DNA of 64,000 nucleotides from assembly GCF_009914755.1 (NCBI RefSeq), contig NC_060946.1. One strand, given 5' to 3'. The stretch's first letter is position 1, and every line of letters starts with the position of its first letter. Made by a program: the position numbers and the translations under genes. The notes under the pieces were generated by a model that did not search any database, was not told where the DNA came from, and saw only the letters and a program-made list of their open reading frames with translations. Source of the DNA: the human T2T-CHM13v2.0 reference genome, Homo sapiens. Positions 42,901 to 57,400 of this stretch are shown piece by piece.

Positions 42901-45495
42901 TGTAACTCTTATCTAGGCTCTGCTTCCAGGGCATATTGTGACATATCTATGCACTGATCACCTTAGTGATGTAACACTTTGGTAGGCTCGGCCTACAGGG
43001 GAATCTTGACATATCTCTGCACTGTTAACCGAGGTGATTTAACTCTTGTCTAGGCTGTGCCCACAGGGGGATTGAGACACATCTCTGCACTGATCCCGAG
43101 GTGATACAACTCTTGCCTGGTCTCTGCCTACTGTGGACATTGTGACATATCTCTGCATTGATCTCCCAGACGCTGTAACTTTAGTCTAGGCTCTGGCTAC
43201 ACGGCATTGTGACATATCACTGCACTGATCACCCAGGTGATATAACTGTTCTCTAGGATCTGACCACAGGGTGCTTTGTGACATATCCCTGCAATGATCA
43301 CCCAGGTGATATACCACTTGCCAAGGCTCTGCCTACAGGGGCATTGCAATGTATCTCTGCACTGATCACTTAGGTCTTGTAGCTATTTTCTAGGATCTGC
43401 CTACAGGGTGCTTTGTGACGTGTCCCAGCAAGGATTACCCAGGTGATGTACCTCTCATCAAGGCTCTGCCTACAGGCACATTGTGATGTATCTCTGCACT
43501 GATCACCTAGGTCATGTAAATTTTGTCTAGGCTCTACCTACGATGGCATTGTGACATATCTCTGCACTAATCATCCAAGTGATGTAACTCTTGTCTAGGA
43601 TGTGCCTAAATAAACTTTTTGACATAACCCTGTACTGATCATCCAGGTGATGGAGCTTTTGTCTAGGCTCTGCCTAAGGGGGCTTTGTGACATATTTCTG
43701 CATTGATCCCCCAGGTGGCGAACTCTTCTCTCGGATCTGCCTATGGGGGCATTGTGAGAAATCTCTGCACTGATCACCCAGGTGATGTAACTGTTGTGTA
43801 ACCTCTGCCTACAGGGGAATTGTGAGAGATCTCGCCACTGATTACCCAAGTGATGTAACCGTTGTCTAGGCTTTGCGTACAGGGGGCTTTGTGACATACC
43901 TTTGCACTGATCACCCAGGTGATGTAACACATCTAAGTTCGGCCTAAAGGAGCTTTGTGACATATCTCTGCACTGATCGCTTAGGTGATGTAACACTTTT
44001 ATAATCACTGCCTACAGGGAATTTTGACAAATCTCTGCACTGATCACCTAGGTGATGTAACTCCTGTCTACCCTCTCTCCAACGGGGCATTGTGAAATAT
44101 CTCTGCACTGATCACACAGGTGATTCAACTCTTGACTAGGAACTGCCTACAGAGGTTATTGTGAAATATCTCTGCACTGATAAACTAGGTGGTGTAACCC
44201 TTGTCCAAGCTCTGCCTACAGGGGCGTTTCCACATATCCCTGAACTGATGACAGAGGTGATGTAACTCTTGCCTAGGCTTTGCCTACAGGGAACATTGGA
44301 CATATAACTGCACTGATCACCCAGGTGATGCAACTCTTGCCTAGGCTTTGCCTACAGGGGACATTGTGACATATCCCTTCAATGATCACTCATGTGATGC
44401 ATCTCTTGCCTAGGCTTTGCTCCAGGGGACATTGTGACATATCTCTGCACTGATCTCCCAGGTGCTGTAACTTTAGTCTAGGCTCTGGCTACACGGCATT
44501 GTGACATATCACTGCACTGATCAACCAGGTTATATATCTCTTGTATAGGCTCTGCCTACAGAGGGATTGTGACCTACATCTGCACTGATCACCCAGGTGA
44601 TATAACTCTTCTCTAGGATCTTCCTACAGGTTACTTTGTGACATATCCCTGCACTGATCACCCAGGTGATCTATCTCTGGTCTAAGCTCTGCCTAAAGGG
44701 GCATTGTGACAGATCTCTGCACTGATCACTCAGGTGATGTAAGTATTGTCTAGGCTCTGCTTCAAGGGGCCTTGTCACATATCTCTGCACTGATCACCCA
44801 GGTGATGTCCTGTCTAGGCTCTGCTTCCAGGGCATATTGTGACATATCTATGCACTGATCACCTTAGCGATGTAACACTTTGGTAGGCTCGGCCTACAGG
44901 GGAATCTTGACATATCTCTGCACTGTTAACCGAGGTGATTTAACTCTTGTCTAGGCTGTGCCCACAGGGGGATTGAGACATATCTCTGCACTGATCCCGA
45001 GGTGATACAACTCTTGCCTGGTCTCTGCCTACTGTGGACATTGTGACATATCTCTGCACTGATCTCCCAGGTGCTGTAACTTTAGTCAAGGCTCTGGCTA
45101 CACGGCATTGTGACATATCACTGCACTGATCACCCAGGCGATATAACTCTTCTCTAGGATCTGACCACAGGGTGCTTTGTGACATATCCCTGCAATGATC
45201 ACCCAGGTGATATACCACTTGCCAAGGCTCTGCCTACAGGGGCATTGCAATGTATCTCTGCACTGATCACCTAGGTCTTGTAGCTATTTTCTAGGATCTG
45301 CCTACAGGGTGCTTTGTGACGTGTCCCAGCAAGGATTACCCAGGTGATGTACCTCTCATCAAGGCTCTGCCTACAGGCACATTGTGATATATCTCTGCAC
45401 TGATCACCTAGGTCATGTAACTTTTTTCTAGGCTCTACCTACGATGGCATTGTGACATATCTCTGCACTAATCATCCAAGTGATGTAACTCTTGT
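30253..45495 (+). repeat. Homogeneous block of eight 28-mer HORs (7x1906 bp, 1x1901 bp)
   Basis: Constant landmark spacing. All carry the extra monomer (..tgatcaa(c/g)cagg..cttgtataggctctg..) and type-B variants. Confidence 0.92.
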
Positions 45496-48400
45496 CTAGG
45501 ATGTACCTAAATTAACTTTTTGACATAAACCTGTACTGATCATCCAGGTGATGGAGCTTTTGTCTAGGCTCTGCCTAAGGGGGCATTGTGACATATTTCT
45601 GCATTGATCACCCAGGTGGCGAACTCTTCTCTCGGATCTGCCTATGGGGGCAATGTGAGAAATCTCTGCACTGATCACCCAGGTGATGTAACTGTTGTGT
45701 AACCTCTGCCTACAGGGGAATTGTGAGAGATCTCGCCACTGATTACCCAAGTGATGTAACCGTTGTCTAGGCTTTGCGTACAGGGGGCTTTGTGACATAC
45801 ATTTGCACTGATCACCCAGGTGATGTAACACATCTAAGTTCGGCCTAAAGGAGCTTTGTGACATATCTCTGCACTGATCGCTTAGGTGATGTAACACTTT
45901 TATAATCACTGCCTATGGGAATTTTGACAAATCTCTGCACTGATCACCTAGGTGATGTAACTCTTGTCTACCCTCTGTCCAACGGGGCATTGTGAAATAT
46001 CTCTGCACTGAACACCCAGGTGATTCAACTCTTGACTAGGAGCTGCCTACAGAGGTTATTGTGAAATATCTCTGCACTGATAAACTAGGTGGTGTAACCC
46101 TTGTCCAAGCTCTGCCTACAGGGGCGTTTCCACATATCCCTGAACTGATGACAGAGGTGATGTAACTCTTGCCTAGGCTTTGCCTACAGGGAACATTGGA
46201 CATATATCTGCACTGATCACCCAGGTGATGCAACTCTTGCCTAGGCTTTGCCTACAGGGGACATTGTGACATATCTCTTCAATGATCACTCAAGTGATGC
46301 ATCTCTTGCCTAGGCTTTGCCTCCAGGGGACATTGTGACATATCTCTGCACTGATCTCCCAGGTGCTGTAACTTTAGTTTAGGCTCTGGCTACACGGCAT
46401 TGTGACATATCACTGCACTGATCACCCAGGCGATATAACTCTTCTCTAGGATCTGACCACAGGGTGCTTTGTGACATATCCCTGCAATTATCACCCAGGT
46501 GATATACCACTTGCCAAGGCTCTGCCTGCAGGGGCATTGCAATGTATCTCTGCACTGATCACCTAGGTCTTGTATCTATTTTCTAGGATCTGCCTACAGG
46601 GTGCTTTGTGACGTGTCCCAGCAAGGATTACCCAGGTGATGTACCTCTCATCAAGGCTCTGCCTACAGGCACATTGTGATGTATCTCTGTACTGATCACC
46701 TAGGTCATGTAACTTTTTTCTACGCTCTACCTACGATGGCATTGTGACATATCTCTGCACTAATCATCCAAGTGATGTAACACTTGTCTAGGATGTGCCT
46801 AAATTAACTTTTTGACATAACCCTGTACTGATCATCCAGGTGATGGAGCTTTTGTCTAGGCTCTGCCTAAGGGGGCATTGTGACATATTTCTGCATTGAT
46901 CCCCCAGTTGGATAACTCTGCTCTCGGATCTGCCTATGGGGGCATTGTGAGAAATCTCTGCACTGATCACCCAGGTGATGTAACTGTTGTGTAACCTCTG
47001 CCTACAGGGGAATTGTGAGAGATGTCGTCACTGATTACCCAAGTGATGTAATCGTTGTCTAGGCTTTGCGTACAGGGGGCTTTGTGACATACCTTTGCAC
47101 TGATCACCCAGGTGATGTAACACATCTAAGTTCGGCCTAAAGGAGCTTTGTGACATATCTCTGCACTGATCACTTAGGTGATGTAACAGTTTTATAATCA
47201 CTGCCTACAGGGAATTTTGACAAATCTCTGCACTGATAACCTAGGTGATGTAACTCTTGTCTACCCTCTGTCCAACGGGACATTGTGAAATATCTCTGCA
47301 CTGATCACCCAGGTGATTCAACTCTTGACTAGGAACTGCCTACAGAGGTTATTGTGAAATATCTCTGCACTGATAAACTAGGTGGTGTAACCCTTGTCCA
47401 AGCACTGCCTACAAGGGCGTTTCCACATATCCCTGAACTGATGACAGAGGTGATGTAACTCTTGCCTAGGCTTTGCCCACAGGGAACATTGGACATATAT
47501 CTGCACTGATCACCCAGGTGATGTAACTCTTGTCTATGCTCTGCTTCCAGGGCATATTGTGACATATCTATGCACTGATCACCTTAGTGATGTAACACTT
47601 TGGTAGGCTCGGCCGACAGGGGAATCTTGACATATCTCTGCACAGTTAACCGGGGTGATTTAACTCTTGTCTAGGCTGTGCCCACAGGGGGATTGAGACA
47701 TATCTCTGCACTGATCCCGAGGTGATACAACTCTTGCCTGGTCTCTGCCTACTGTGGACATTGTGACATATCTCTGCACTGATCTCCCAGGTGCTGTAAC
47801 TTTTGTCTAGGCTCTGGCTACACGGCATTGTGACATATAACTGCACTGATCACCCAGGCGATATAACTGTTCTCTAGGATCTGACCACAGGGTGCTTTGT
47901 GACATATCCCTGCAATGATCACCCAGGTGATATACCACTTGCCAAGGCTCTGCCTACAGGGGCATTGCAGTGTATCTCTGCACTGATCACCTAGGTCTTG
48001 TAGCTATTTTCTAGGATCTGCCTACAGGGTGCTTTGTGACGTGTCCCAGGAAGGATTACCCAGGTGATGTACCTCTCATCAAGGCTCTGCCTACAGGCAC
48101 ATTGTGATGTATGTCTGCACTGATCACCTCGGTCATGTAACTTTTTTCTAGGCTCTACCTACGATGGCATTGTGACATATCTCTGCACTAATCATCCAAG
48201 TGATGTAACTCTTGTCTAGGATGTGCCTAAATTAACTTTTTGACATAACCCTGTACTGATCATCCAGGTGATGGAGCTTTTGTCTAGGCTCTGCCTAAGG
48301 GGGCATTGTGACATATTTCTGCATTGATCCCCCAGGTGGCGAACTCTTCTCTCGGATCTGCCTATGGGGGCATTGTGAGAAATCTCTGCACTGATCACCC

Positions 48401-51400
48401 AGGTGATGTAACTGTTGTGTAACCTCTGCCTACAGGGGAATTGTGAGAGATCTCGTCACTCATTACCCAAGTGATGTAACCATTGTCTAGGCTTTGCGTA
48501 CAGGGGGCTTTGTGACATACCTTTGCACTGATCACCCAGGTGATGTAACACATCTAAGTTCGGCCTAAAGGAGCTTTGTGACATATCTCTGCACTGATCA
48601 CTTAGGTGATGTAACACTTTTATAATCACTGCCTACAGGGAATTTTGACCAATCTCTGCACTGATCACCTAGGTGATGTAACTCTTGTCTACCCTCTGTC
48701 CAACGGAGCATTGTGAAATATCTCTGCACTGATCACCCAGGTGATTCAACTCTTGACTAGGAACTGCCTACAGAGGTTATTGTGAAATATCTCTGCACTG
48801 ATAAACTAGGTGGTGTAACCCTTGTCCAAGCTCTGCCTACAGGGGCGTTTCCACATATCCCTGAACTGATGACAAAGGTGATGTAACTCTTGCCTAGGCT
48901 TTGCCTACAGGGAACATTGGACATATATCTGCACTGATCACCCAGGTGATGCAACTCTTGCCTAGGCTTTGCCTACAGGGGACATTGTGACATATCTCTT
49001 CAATGATCACTCATGTGATGCATCTCTTGCCTAGGCTTTGCCTACAGGGGACATTGTGACATATCTCTGCAATGATCTCCCAGGTGATGTAATTTAGTCT
49101 AGGCTCTGGCTACACGGCATTGTGACCTACCTCTGCACTGATCACCCAGGTGATATAACTCTTCTCTAGGATCTGCCTACAGGGTACTTTGTGAAATATC
49201 TCTGCACTGATCACCCAGGTGATCTAACTCTGGTCTAAGCTCTGCCTAAAGGGCCATTGTGACAGATCTCTGCACTGATCACTCTGGTGATGTAAGTATT
49301 GTCTAGGCTCTGCTTCAAGGGGCCTTGTCACATATCTCTGCACTGATCACCCAGGTGATGTAACTCTTGTCTAGGCTCTGCTTCCAGGGCATATTGTGAC
49401 ATATCTATGCACTGATCACCTTAGTGATGTAACACTTTGGTAGGCTCGGCCGACAGAGGAATCTTGACATATCTCTGCACAGTTAACCGGGGTGATTTAA
49501 CTCTTGTCTAGGCTGTGCCCACAGGGGGATTGAGACATATCTCTGCACTGATCCCGAGGTGATACAACTCTTGCCTGGTCTCTGCCTACTGGGGACATTG
49601 TGACATATCTCTGCACTGATCTCCCAGGTGCTGTAACTTTAGTCTAGGCTCTGGCTACACGGCATTGTGACATATCACTGCACTGATCACCCAGGCGATA
49701 TAACTCTTCTCTAGGATCTGACCACAGGGTGCTTTGTGACATATCCCTGCAATGATCACCCAGGTGATATACCACTTGCCAAGGCTCTGCCTACAGGGGC
49801 ATTGCAGTGTATCTCTGCACTGATCACCTAGGTCTTGTAGCTATTTTCTAGGATCTGCCTCCAGGGTGCTTTGTAACGTGTCCCAGCAAGGATTACCCAG
49901 GTGACGTACCTCTCATCAAGGCTCTGCCTACAGGCACATTGTGATGTATCTCTGCACTGATCACCTCGGTCATTTAACTTTTTTCTAGGCTCTACCTACG
50001 ATGGCATTGTGACATATCTCTGCACTAATCATCCAAGTGATGTAACTCTTGTCTAGGATGTGCCTAAATTAACTTTTTGACATAACCCTGTACTGATCAT
50101 CCAGGTGATGGAGCTTTTGTCTAGGCTCTGCCTAAGGGGGCATTGTGACATATTTCTGCATTGATCACCCAGGTGGCGAACTCTTGTCTCGGATCTGCCT
50201 ATGGGGGCATTGTGAGAAATCTCTGCACTGATCACCCAGGTGATGTAACTGTTGTGTAACCTCTGCCTACAGGGGAATTGTGAGAGATCTCGTCACTCAT
50301 TACCCAAGTGATGTAACCATTGTCTAGGCTTTGCGTACAGGGGGCTTTGTGACATACGTTTGCACTGATCACCCAGGTGATGTAACACCTAAGTTCGGCC
50401 TAAAGGAGCTTTGTGACATATCTCTGCACTGATCACTTAGGTGATGTAACACTTTTATAATCACTGCCTACAGGGAATTTTGACAAATCTCTGCACTGAT
50501 CACCTAGGTGATGTAACTCTTGTCTACCCTCTGTCCAACGGGGCATTGTGAAATATCTCTGCACTGATCACCCAGGTGATTCAACTCTTGACTAGGAACT
50601 GCCTACAGAGGTTATTGTGAAATATCTCTGCACTGTTAAACTAGGTGGTGCAACCCTTGTCCAAGCTCTGCCTACAGGGGCGTTTCCACATATCCCTGAA
50701 CTGATGACAAAGGTGATGTAACTCTTTCCTAGGCTTTGCCTACAGGGAACATTGGACATATATCTGCACTGATCACCCAGGTGATGCAACTCATGCCTAG
50801 GCTTTGCCTACAGGGGACATTGTGACATATCTCTTCAATGATCACTCATGTGATGCATCTCTTGCCTAGGCTTTGCCTACAGGGGACATTGTGACATATC
50901 TCTGCACTGATCTCCCAGGTGCTGTAACTTTAGTCTAAGCTCTGGCTACACGGCATTGTGACCTACCTCTGCACTGATCACCCAGGTGATATAACTCTTC
51001 TCTAGGATCTTCCTACAGGGTACTTTGTGACATATCCCTGCACTGATCACCCAGGTGATCTATCTCTGGTCTAAGCTCTGCCTAAAGGGGCATTGTGACA
51101 GATCTCTGCACTGATCACTCAGGTGATGTAAGTATTGTCTAGGCTCTGCTTCAAGGGGCCTTGTCACATATCTCTGCACTGATCACCCAGGTGATGTAAC
51201 TCTTGTCTAGGCTCTGCTTCCAGGCCTTATTGTGACATATCTATGCACTGATCACCTTAGTGATGTAACACTTTGGTAGGCTCGGTCTACAAGGGAATCT
51301 TGACATATCTCTGCACTGTTAACCGAGGTGATTTAACTCTTGTCTAGGCTGTGCCCACAGGGGGATTGAGACATATCTCTGCACTGATCCCGAGGTGATA

Positions 51401-54400
51401 CAACTCTTGCCAGGTCTCTGCCTACTGTGGACATTGTGACATATCTCTGCACTGATCTCCCAGGTGCTGTAACTTTAGTCTAGGCTCTGGCTACACGGCA
51501 TTGTGACATATCACTGCACTGATCACCCAGGCGATATAACTCTTCTCTAGGATCTGACCACAGGGTGCTTTGTGACATATCCCTGCAATGATCACCCAGG
51601 TGATATACCACTTGCCAAGGCTCTGCCTACAGGGGCATTGCAATGTATCTCTGCACTGATCACCTAGGTCTTGTAGCTATTTTCTAGGATCTGCCTACAG
51701 GGTGCTTTGTGACGTGTCCCAGCAAGGATTACCCAGGTGATGTACCTCTCATCAAGGCTCTGCCTACAGGCACATTGTGATGTAGCTCTGCACTGATCAC
51801 CTAGGTCATGTAAATTTTGTCTAGGCTCTACCTACGATGGCATTGTGACATATCTCTGCACTAATCATCCAAGTGATGTAACTCTTGTCTAGGATGTGCC
51901 TAAATTGACTTTTTGACATAACCCTGTACTGATCATCCAGGTGATGGAGCTTTTGTCTAGGCTCTGCCTAAGGGGGCATTGTGACATATTTCTGCATTGA
52001 TCCCCCAGGTGGCGAACTCTTCTCTCGGATCTGCCTATGGGGGCATTGCGAGAAATCTCTGCACTGATCACCCAGGTGATGTAACTGTTGTGTAACCTCT
52101 GCCTACAGGGGAATTGTGAGAGATTTCGCCACTGATTACCCAAGTGATGTAACCGTTGTCTAGGCTTTGCGTACAGGGGGCTTTGTGACATACCTTTGCA
52201 CTGATCACCCGGGTGATGTAACACATCTAAGTTCGGCCTAAAGGAGCTTTGTGACATATCTCTGCACTGATCGCTTAGGTGATGTAACACTTTTATAATC
52301 ACTGCCTACAGGGAATTTTGACAAATCTCTGCACTGATCACCTAGGTGATGTAACTCTTGTCTACCCTCTGTCCAACGGGGCATTGTGAAATATCTCTGC
52401 ACTGATCACCCAGGTGATTCAACTCTTGACTAGGAACTGCCTACAGAGGTTATTGTGAAATATCTCTGCACTGATAAACTAGGTGGTGTAACCGTTGTCC
52501 AAGCTCTGCCTACAGGGGCGTTTCCACATATCCCTGAACGGATGACAGAGGTGATGTAACTCTTGCCTAGGCTTTGCCTACAGGGAACATTGGACATATA
52601 TCTGCACTGATCACCCAGGTGATGCAACTCTTGCCTAGGCTTTGCCTACAGGGGACATTCTGACATATCTCTCCAATGATCACACATGTGATGCATCTCT
52701 TGCCTAGGCTTTGCCTACAGGGGACATTGTGACATATCTCTGCACTGATCTCCCAGGTGCTGTAACTTTAGTCTAGGCTCTGGCTACACGGCATTGTGAC
52801 ATATCACTGCACTGATCAACCAGGTGATATAACTCTTGTATAGGCTCTGCCTACAGGGGGATTGTGACCTACCTCTGCACTGATCACCCAGGTGATATAA
52901 CTCTTCTCTAGGATCTTCCTACAGGGTATTTTGTGACATATCCCTGCACTGATCACCCATGTGATCTATCTCTGGTCTAAGCTCTGCCTAAAGGGGCATT
53001 GTGACAGATCTCTGCACTGATCACTCAGGTGATGTTAGTATTTTCTAGGCTCTGCTTCAAGGGGCCTTGTCACATATCTCTGCACTGATCACCCAGGTGA
53101 TGTAACTCTTGTCTAGGCTCTGCTTCCAGGGCATATTTTGACATATCTATGCACTGATCACCTTAGTGATGTAACACTTTGGTAGGCTCGGCCTACAGGG
53201 GAATCTTGACATATCTCTGCACTGTTAACCGAGGTGATTTAACTCTTGTCTAGGCTGTGCTCACAGGGGAATTGAGACATATCTCTGCACTGATCCCGAG
53301 GTGATACAACTCTTGCCTGGTCTCTGCCTATTGTGGACATTGTGACATAACTCTGCACTGATCTCCCAGGTGCTGTAACTTTAGTCTAGGCTATGGCTAC
53401 ACGGCATTGTGACATATCACTGCCCTGATCACCCAGGCGATATAACTCTTCTCTAGGATCTGACCACAGTGTGCTTTGTGACATATCCCTGCAATGATCA
53501 CCCAGGTGATATACCACTTGCCAAGGCTCTGCCTACAGGGGCATTGCAATGTATCTCTGCATTTATCACCTAGGTCTTGTAGCTATTTTCTAAGATCTGC
53601 CTACAGGGTGCTTTGTGACGTGTCCCAGCAAGGATTACCCAGGTGATGTACCTCTCATCAAGGCTCTGCCTACAGGCACATTGTGATGTATCTCTGCACT
53701 AATCACCTAGGTCATGTAAATTTTGTCTAGGCTCTACCTACGATGGCATTGTGCCATATCTCTGCACTAATCATCTAAGTGATGTAACCCTTATCTAGGA
53801 TGTGCCCAAATTAACTTTTTGACATAACCCTGTACTGATCATCCAGGTGATGGAGCTTTTGTCTAGGCTCTGCCTAAGGGGGCATAGTGACATATTTCTG
53901 CATTGATCATCCAGGTGGCGAACTCTTCTCTCGGATCTGCCTATGGGGGCATTGTGAGAAATCTCTGCACTGATCACCCAGGTGATGTAACTGTTGTGTA
54001 ACCTCTGCCCACAGGGGAATTGTGAGAGATCTCGTCACTGATTACCCAAGTGATGTAACCTTTGTCTAGGCTTTGCATACAGGGGGCTTTGTGACATACC
54101 TTTGCTCTGATCACTCAGGTGATGTAACACATCCAAGTTCGGCCTAAAGGAGCTTTGTGACATATCTCTGCACTGATCACTTAGGTGATGTAACACTTTT
54201 ATAATCACTGCCTACAGGGAATTTTGACAAATCTCTGCACTGATCACCTAGGTGATGTAACTCTTGTCTACCCTCTGTCCAACGGGGCATTGTGAAATAT
54301 CTCTGCACTGATCACCCAGGTGATTCAACTCTTGACTAGGAACTGCCTACAGAGGTTATTGTGAAATATCTCTGCACTGATAAACTAGGTGGTGTAACCC

Positions 54401-57400
54401 TTGTCCAAGCTCTGCCTACAGGGGCGTTTCCACATATCCCTGAACTGATGACAGAGGTGATGTAACTCTTGCCTAGGCTTTGCCTACAGGGAACATTGGA
54501 CATATATCTGCACTGATCACCCAGGTGATGCAACTCTTGCCTAGGCTTGGCCTACAGGGGACATTGTGACATATCTCTTCAATGATAACTCATGTGATGC
54601 ATCTCTTGCCTAGGCATTGCCTACAGGAGACATTGTGACATATCTCTGCACTGATCCCCCAGGTGCTGTAACTTTAGTCTAGGCTCTGGCTACACGGCAT
54701 TGTGACATATCACTGCACTGATCAACCAGGTGATATAACTCTTGTATAGGCTCTGCCTACAGGGGGATTGTGACCTATCTCTGCACTGATCACCCAGGTG
54801 ATATAACTCTTCTCTAGGATCTTCCTACAGGGTACTTTGTGACATATCCCTGCACTGATCACCCAGGTGATCTATCTCTGGTCTAAGCTCTGCCTAAAGG
54901 GGCATTGTGACAGATCTCTGCACTGATCACTCAGGTGATGTAAGTATTGTCTAGGCTCTGCTTCAAGGGGCCTTGTCACATATCTCTGCACTGATCACCC
55001 AGGTGATGTAACTCTTGTCTAGGCTCTGCTTCCAGGGCATATTGTGACATATCTATGCACTGATCACCTTAGTGATGTAACACTTTGGTAGGCTCGGCCT
55101 ACAGGGGATTCTTGACATATCTCTGCACTGTTAACCGAGGTGATTTAACTCTTGTCTAGGCTGTGCCCACAGGGGGATTGAGACATATCTCTGCACTGAT
55201 CCCGAGGTGATACAACTCTTGCCTGGTCTCTGCCTACTGTGGACTTTGGGACATATCTCTGCACTGATCTCCCAGGTGCTGTAACTTTAGTCTAGGCTCT
55301 GGCTACACGGCATTGTGACATATCACTGCACTGATCACCCAGGCGATATAACTCTTCTCTAGGATCTGACCACAGGGTGCTTTGTGACATATCCCTGCAA
55401 TGATCACCCAGGTGATATACCACTTGCCAAGGCTCTGCCTACAGGGGCATTGCAATGTATCTCTGCACTGATCACCTAGGTCTTGTAGCTATTTTCTAGG
55501 ATCTGCCTACAGGGTGCTTTGTGACGTGTCCCAGCAAGGATTACCCAGGTGATGTACCTCTCATCAAGGCTCTGCCAACAGGCACATTGTGATGTATCTC
55601 TGCACTGATCACCTAGGTCATGTAAATTTTGTCTAGGCTCTACCTACGATGGCATTGTGACATATCTCTGCACTAATCATCCAAGTGATGTAACTCTTGT
55701 CTAGGATGTGCCTAAATTAACATTTGACATAACCCTGTACTGATCATCCAGGTGATGGAGCTTTTGTCTAGGCTCTGCCTAAGGGGGCATTGTGACATAT
55801 TTCTGCATTGATCACCCAGGTGGCGAACTCTTCTCTCGGATCTGCCTATGGGGGCATTGTGAGAAATCTCTGCACCGATCACCCAGGTGATGTAACTGTT
55901 GTGTAAACTCTGCCTACAGGGGAATTGTGAGAGATCTCGCCACTGATTACCCAAGTGATGTAACAGTTGTCTAGGCTTTGCGTACAGGGGGCTTTGTGAC
56001 ATACCTTTGCACTGATCACCCAGGTGATGTAACACATCTAAGTTCGGCCTAAAGGAGCTTTGTGACATATCTCTGAACTGATCGCTTAGGTGATGTAACA
56101 CTTTTATAATCACTGCCTACAGGGAATTTTGACAAATCTCTGCACTAATCACCTAGGTGATGTAACTCTTGTCTACCCTCTGTCCAACGGGGCATTGTGA
56201 AATATCTCTGCACTGATCACCCAGGTGATTCTACTCTTGACTAGGAACTGCCTACAGAGGTTATTGTGAAATATCTCTGCACTGATAAACTAGGTGGTGT
56301 AACCCTTGTCCAAGCTCTGACTACAGGGGCGTTTCCACATATCCCTGAACTGATGACAGAGGTGATGTAACTCTTGCCTAGGCTTTGCCCACAGGGAACA
56401 TTGGACATATATCTGCACTGATCACCCAGGTGATGTAACTCTTGTCTATGCTCTGCTTCCAGGGCATATTGTGACATATCTATGCACTGATCACCTTAGT
56501 GATGTAACACTTTGGTAGGCTCGGCCGACAGGGGAATCTTGACATATCTCTGCACAGTTAACCGGGGTGATTTAACTCTTGTCTAGGCTGTGCCCACAGG
56601 GGGATTGAGACATATCTCTGCACTGATCCCGAGGTGATACAACTCTTGCCTGGTCTCTGCCTACTGTGGACATTGTGACATATCTCTGCACTGATCTCCC
56701 AGGTGCTGTAACTTTTGTCTAGGCTCTGGCTACACGGCATTGTGACATATAACTGCACTGATCACCCAGGCGATATAACTGTTCTCTAGGATCTGACCAC
56801 AGGGTGCTTTGTGACATATCCCTGCAATGATCACCCAGGTGATATACCACTTGCCAAGGCTCTGCCTACAGGGGCATTGCAGTGTATCTCTGCACTGATC
56901 ACCTAGGTCTTGTAGCTATTTTCTAGGATCTGCCTACAGGGTGCTTTGTGACGTGTCCCAGGAAGGATTACCCAGGTGATGTACCTCTCATCAAGGCTCT
57001 GCCTACAGGCACATTGTGATGTATGTCTGCACTGATCACCTCGGTCATGTAACTTTTTTCTAGGCTCTACCTACGATGGCATTGTGACATATCTCTGCAC
57101 TAATCATCCAAGTGATGTAACTCTTGTCTAGGATGTGCCTAAATTAACTTTTTGACATAACCCTGTACTGATCATCCAGGTGATGGAGCTTTTGTCTAGG
57201 CTCTGCCTAAGGGGGCATTGTGACATATTTCTGCATTGATCCCCCAGGTGGCGAACTCTTCTCTCGGATCTGCCTATGGGGGCATTGTGAGAAATCTCTG
57301 CACTGATCACCCAGGTGATGTAACTGTTGTGTAACCTCTGCCTACAGGGGAATTGTGAGAGATCTCGTCACTCATTACCCAAGTGATGTAACCATTGTCT

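Noticed and set aside
43609-43614. Plus-strand AATAAA created by a private SNP in one HOR
   Set aside because: It is a single substitution 34 kb from the L1 antisense promoter, with no evidence of use.
43595-45495. 1901-bp HOR as a distinct structural class
   Set aside because: It is a 28-mer with a 1-bp deletion (~44420) and a 4-bp deletion (~44808).
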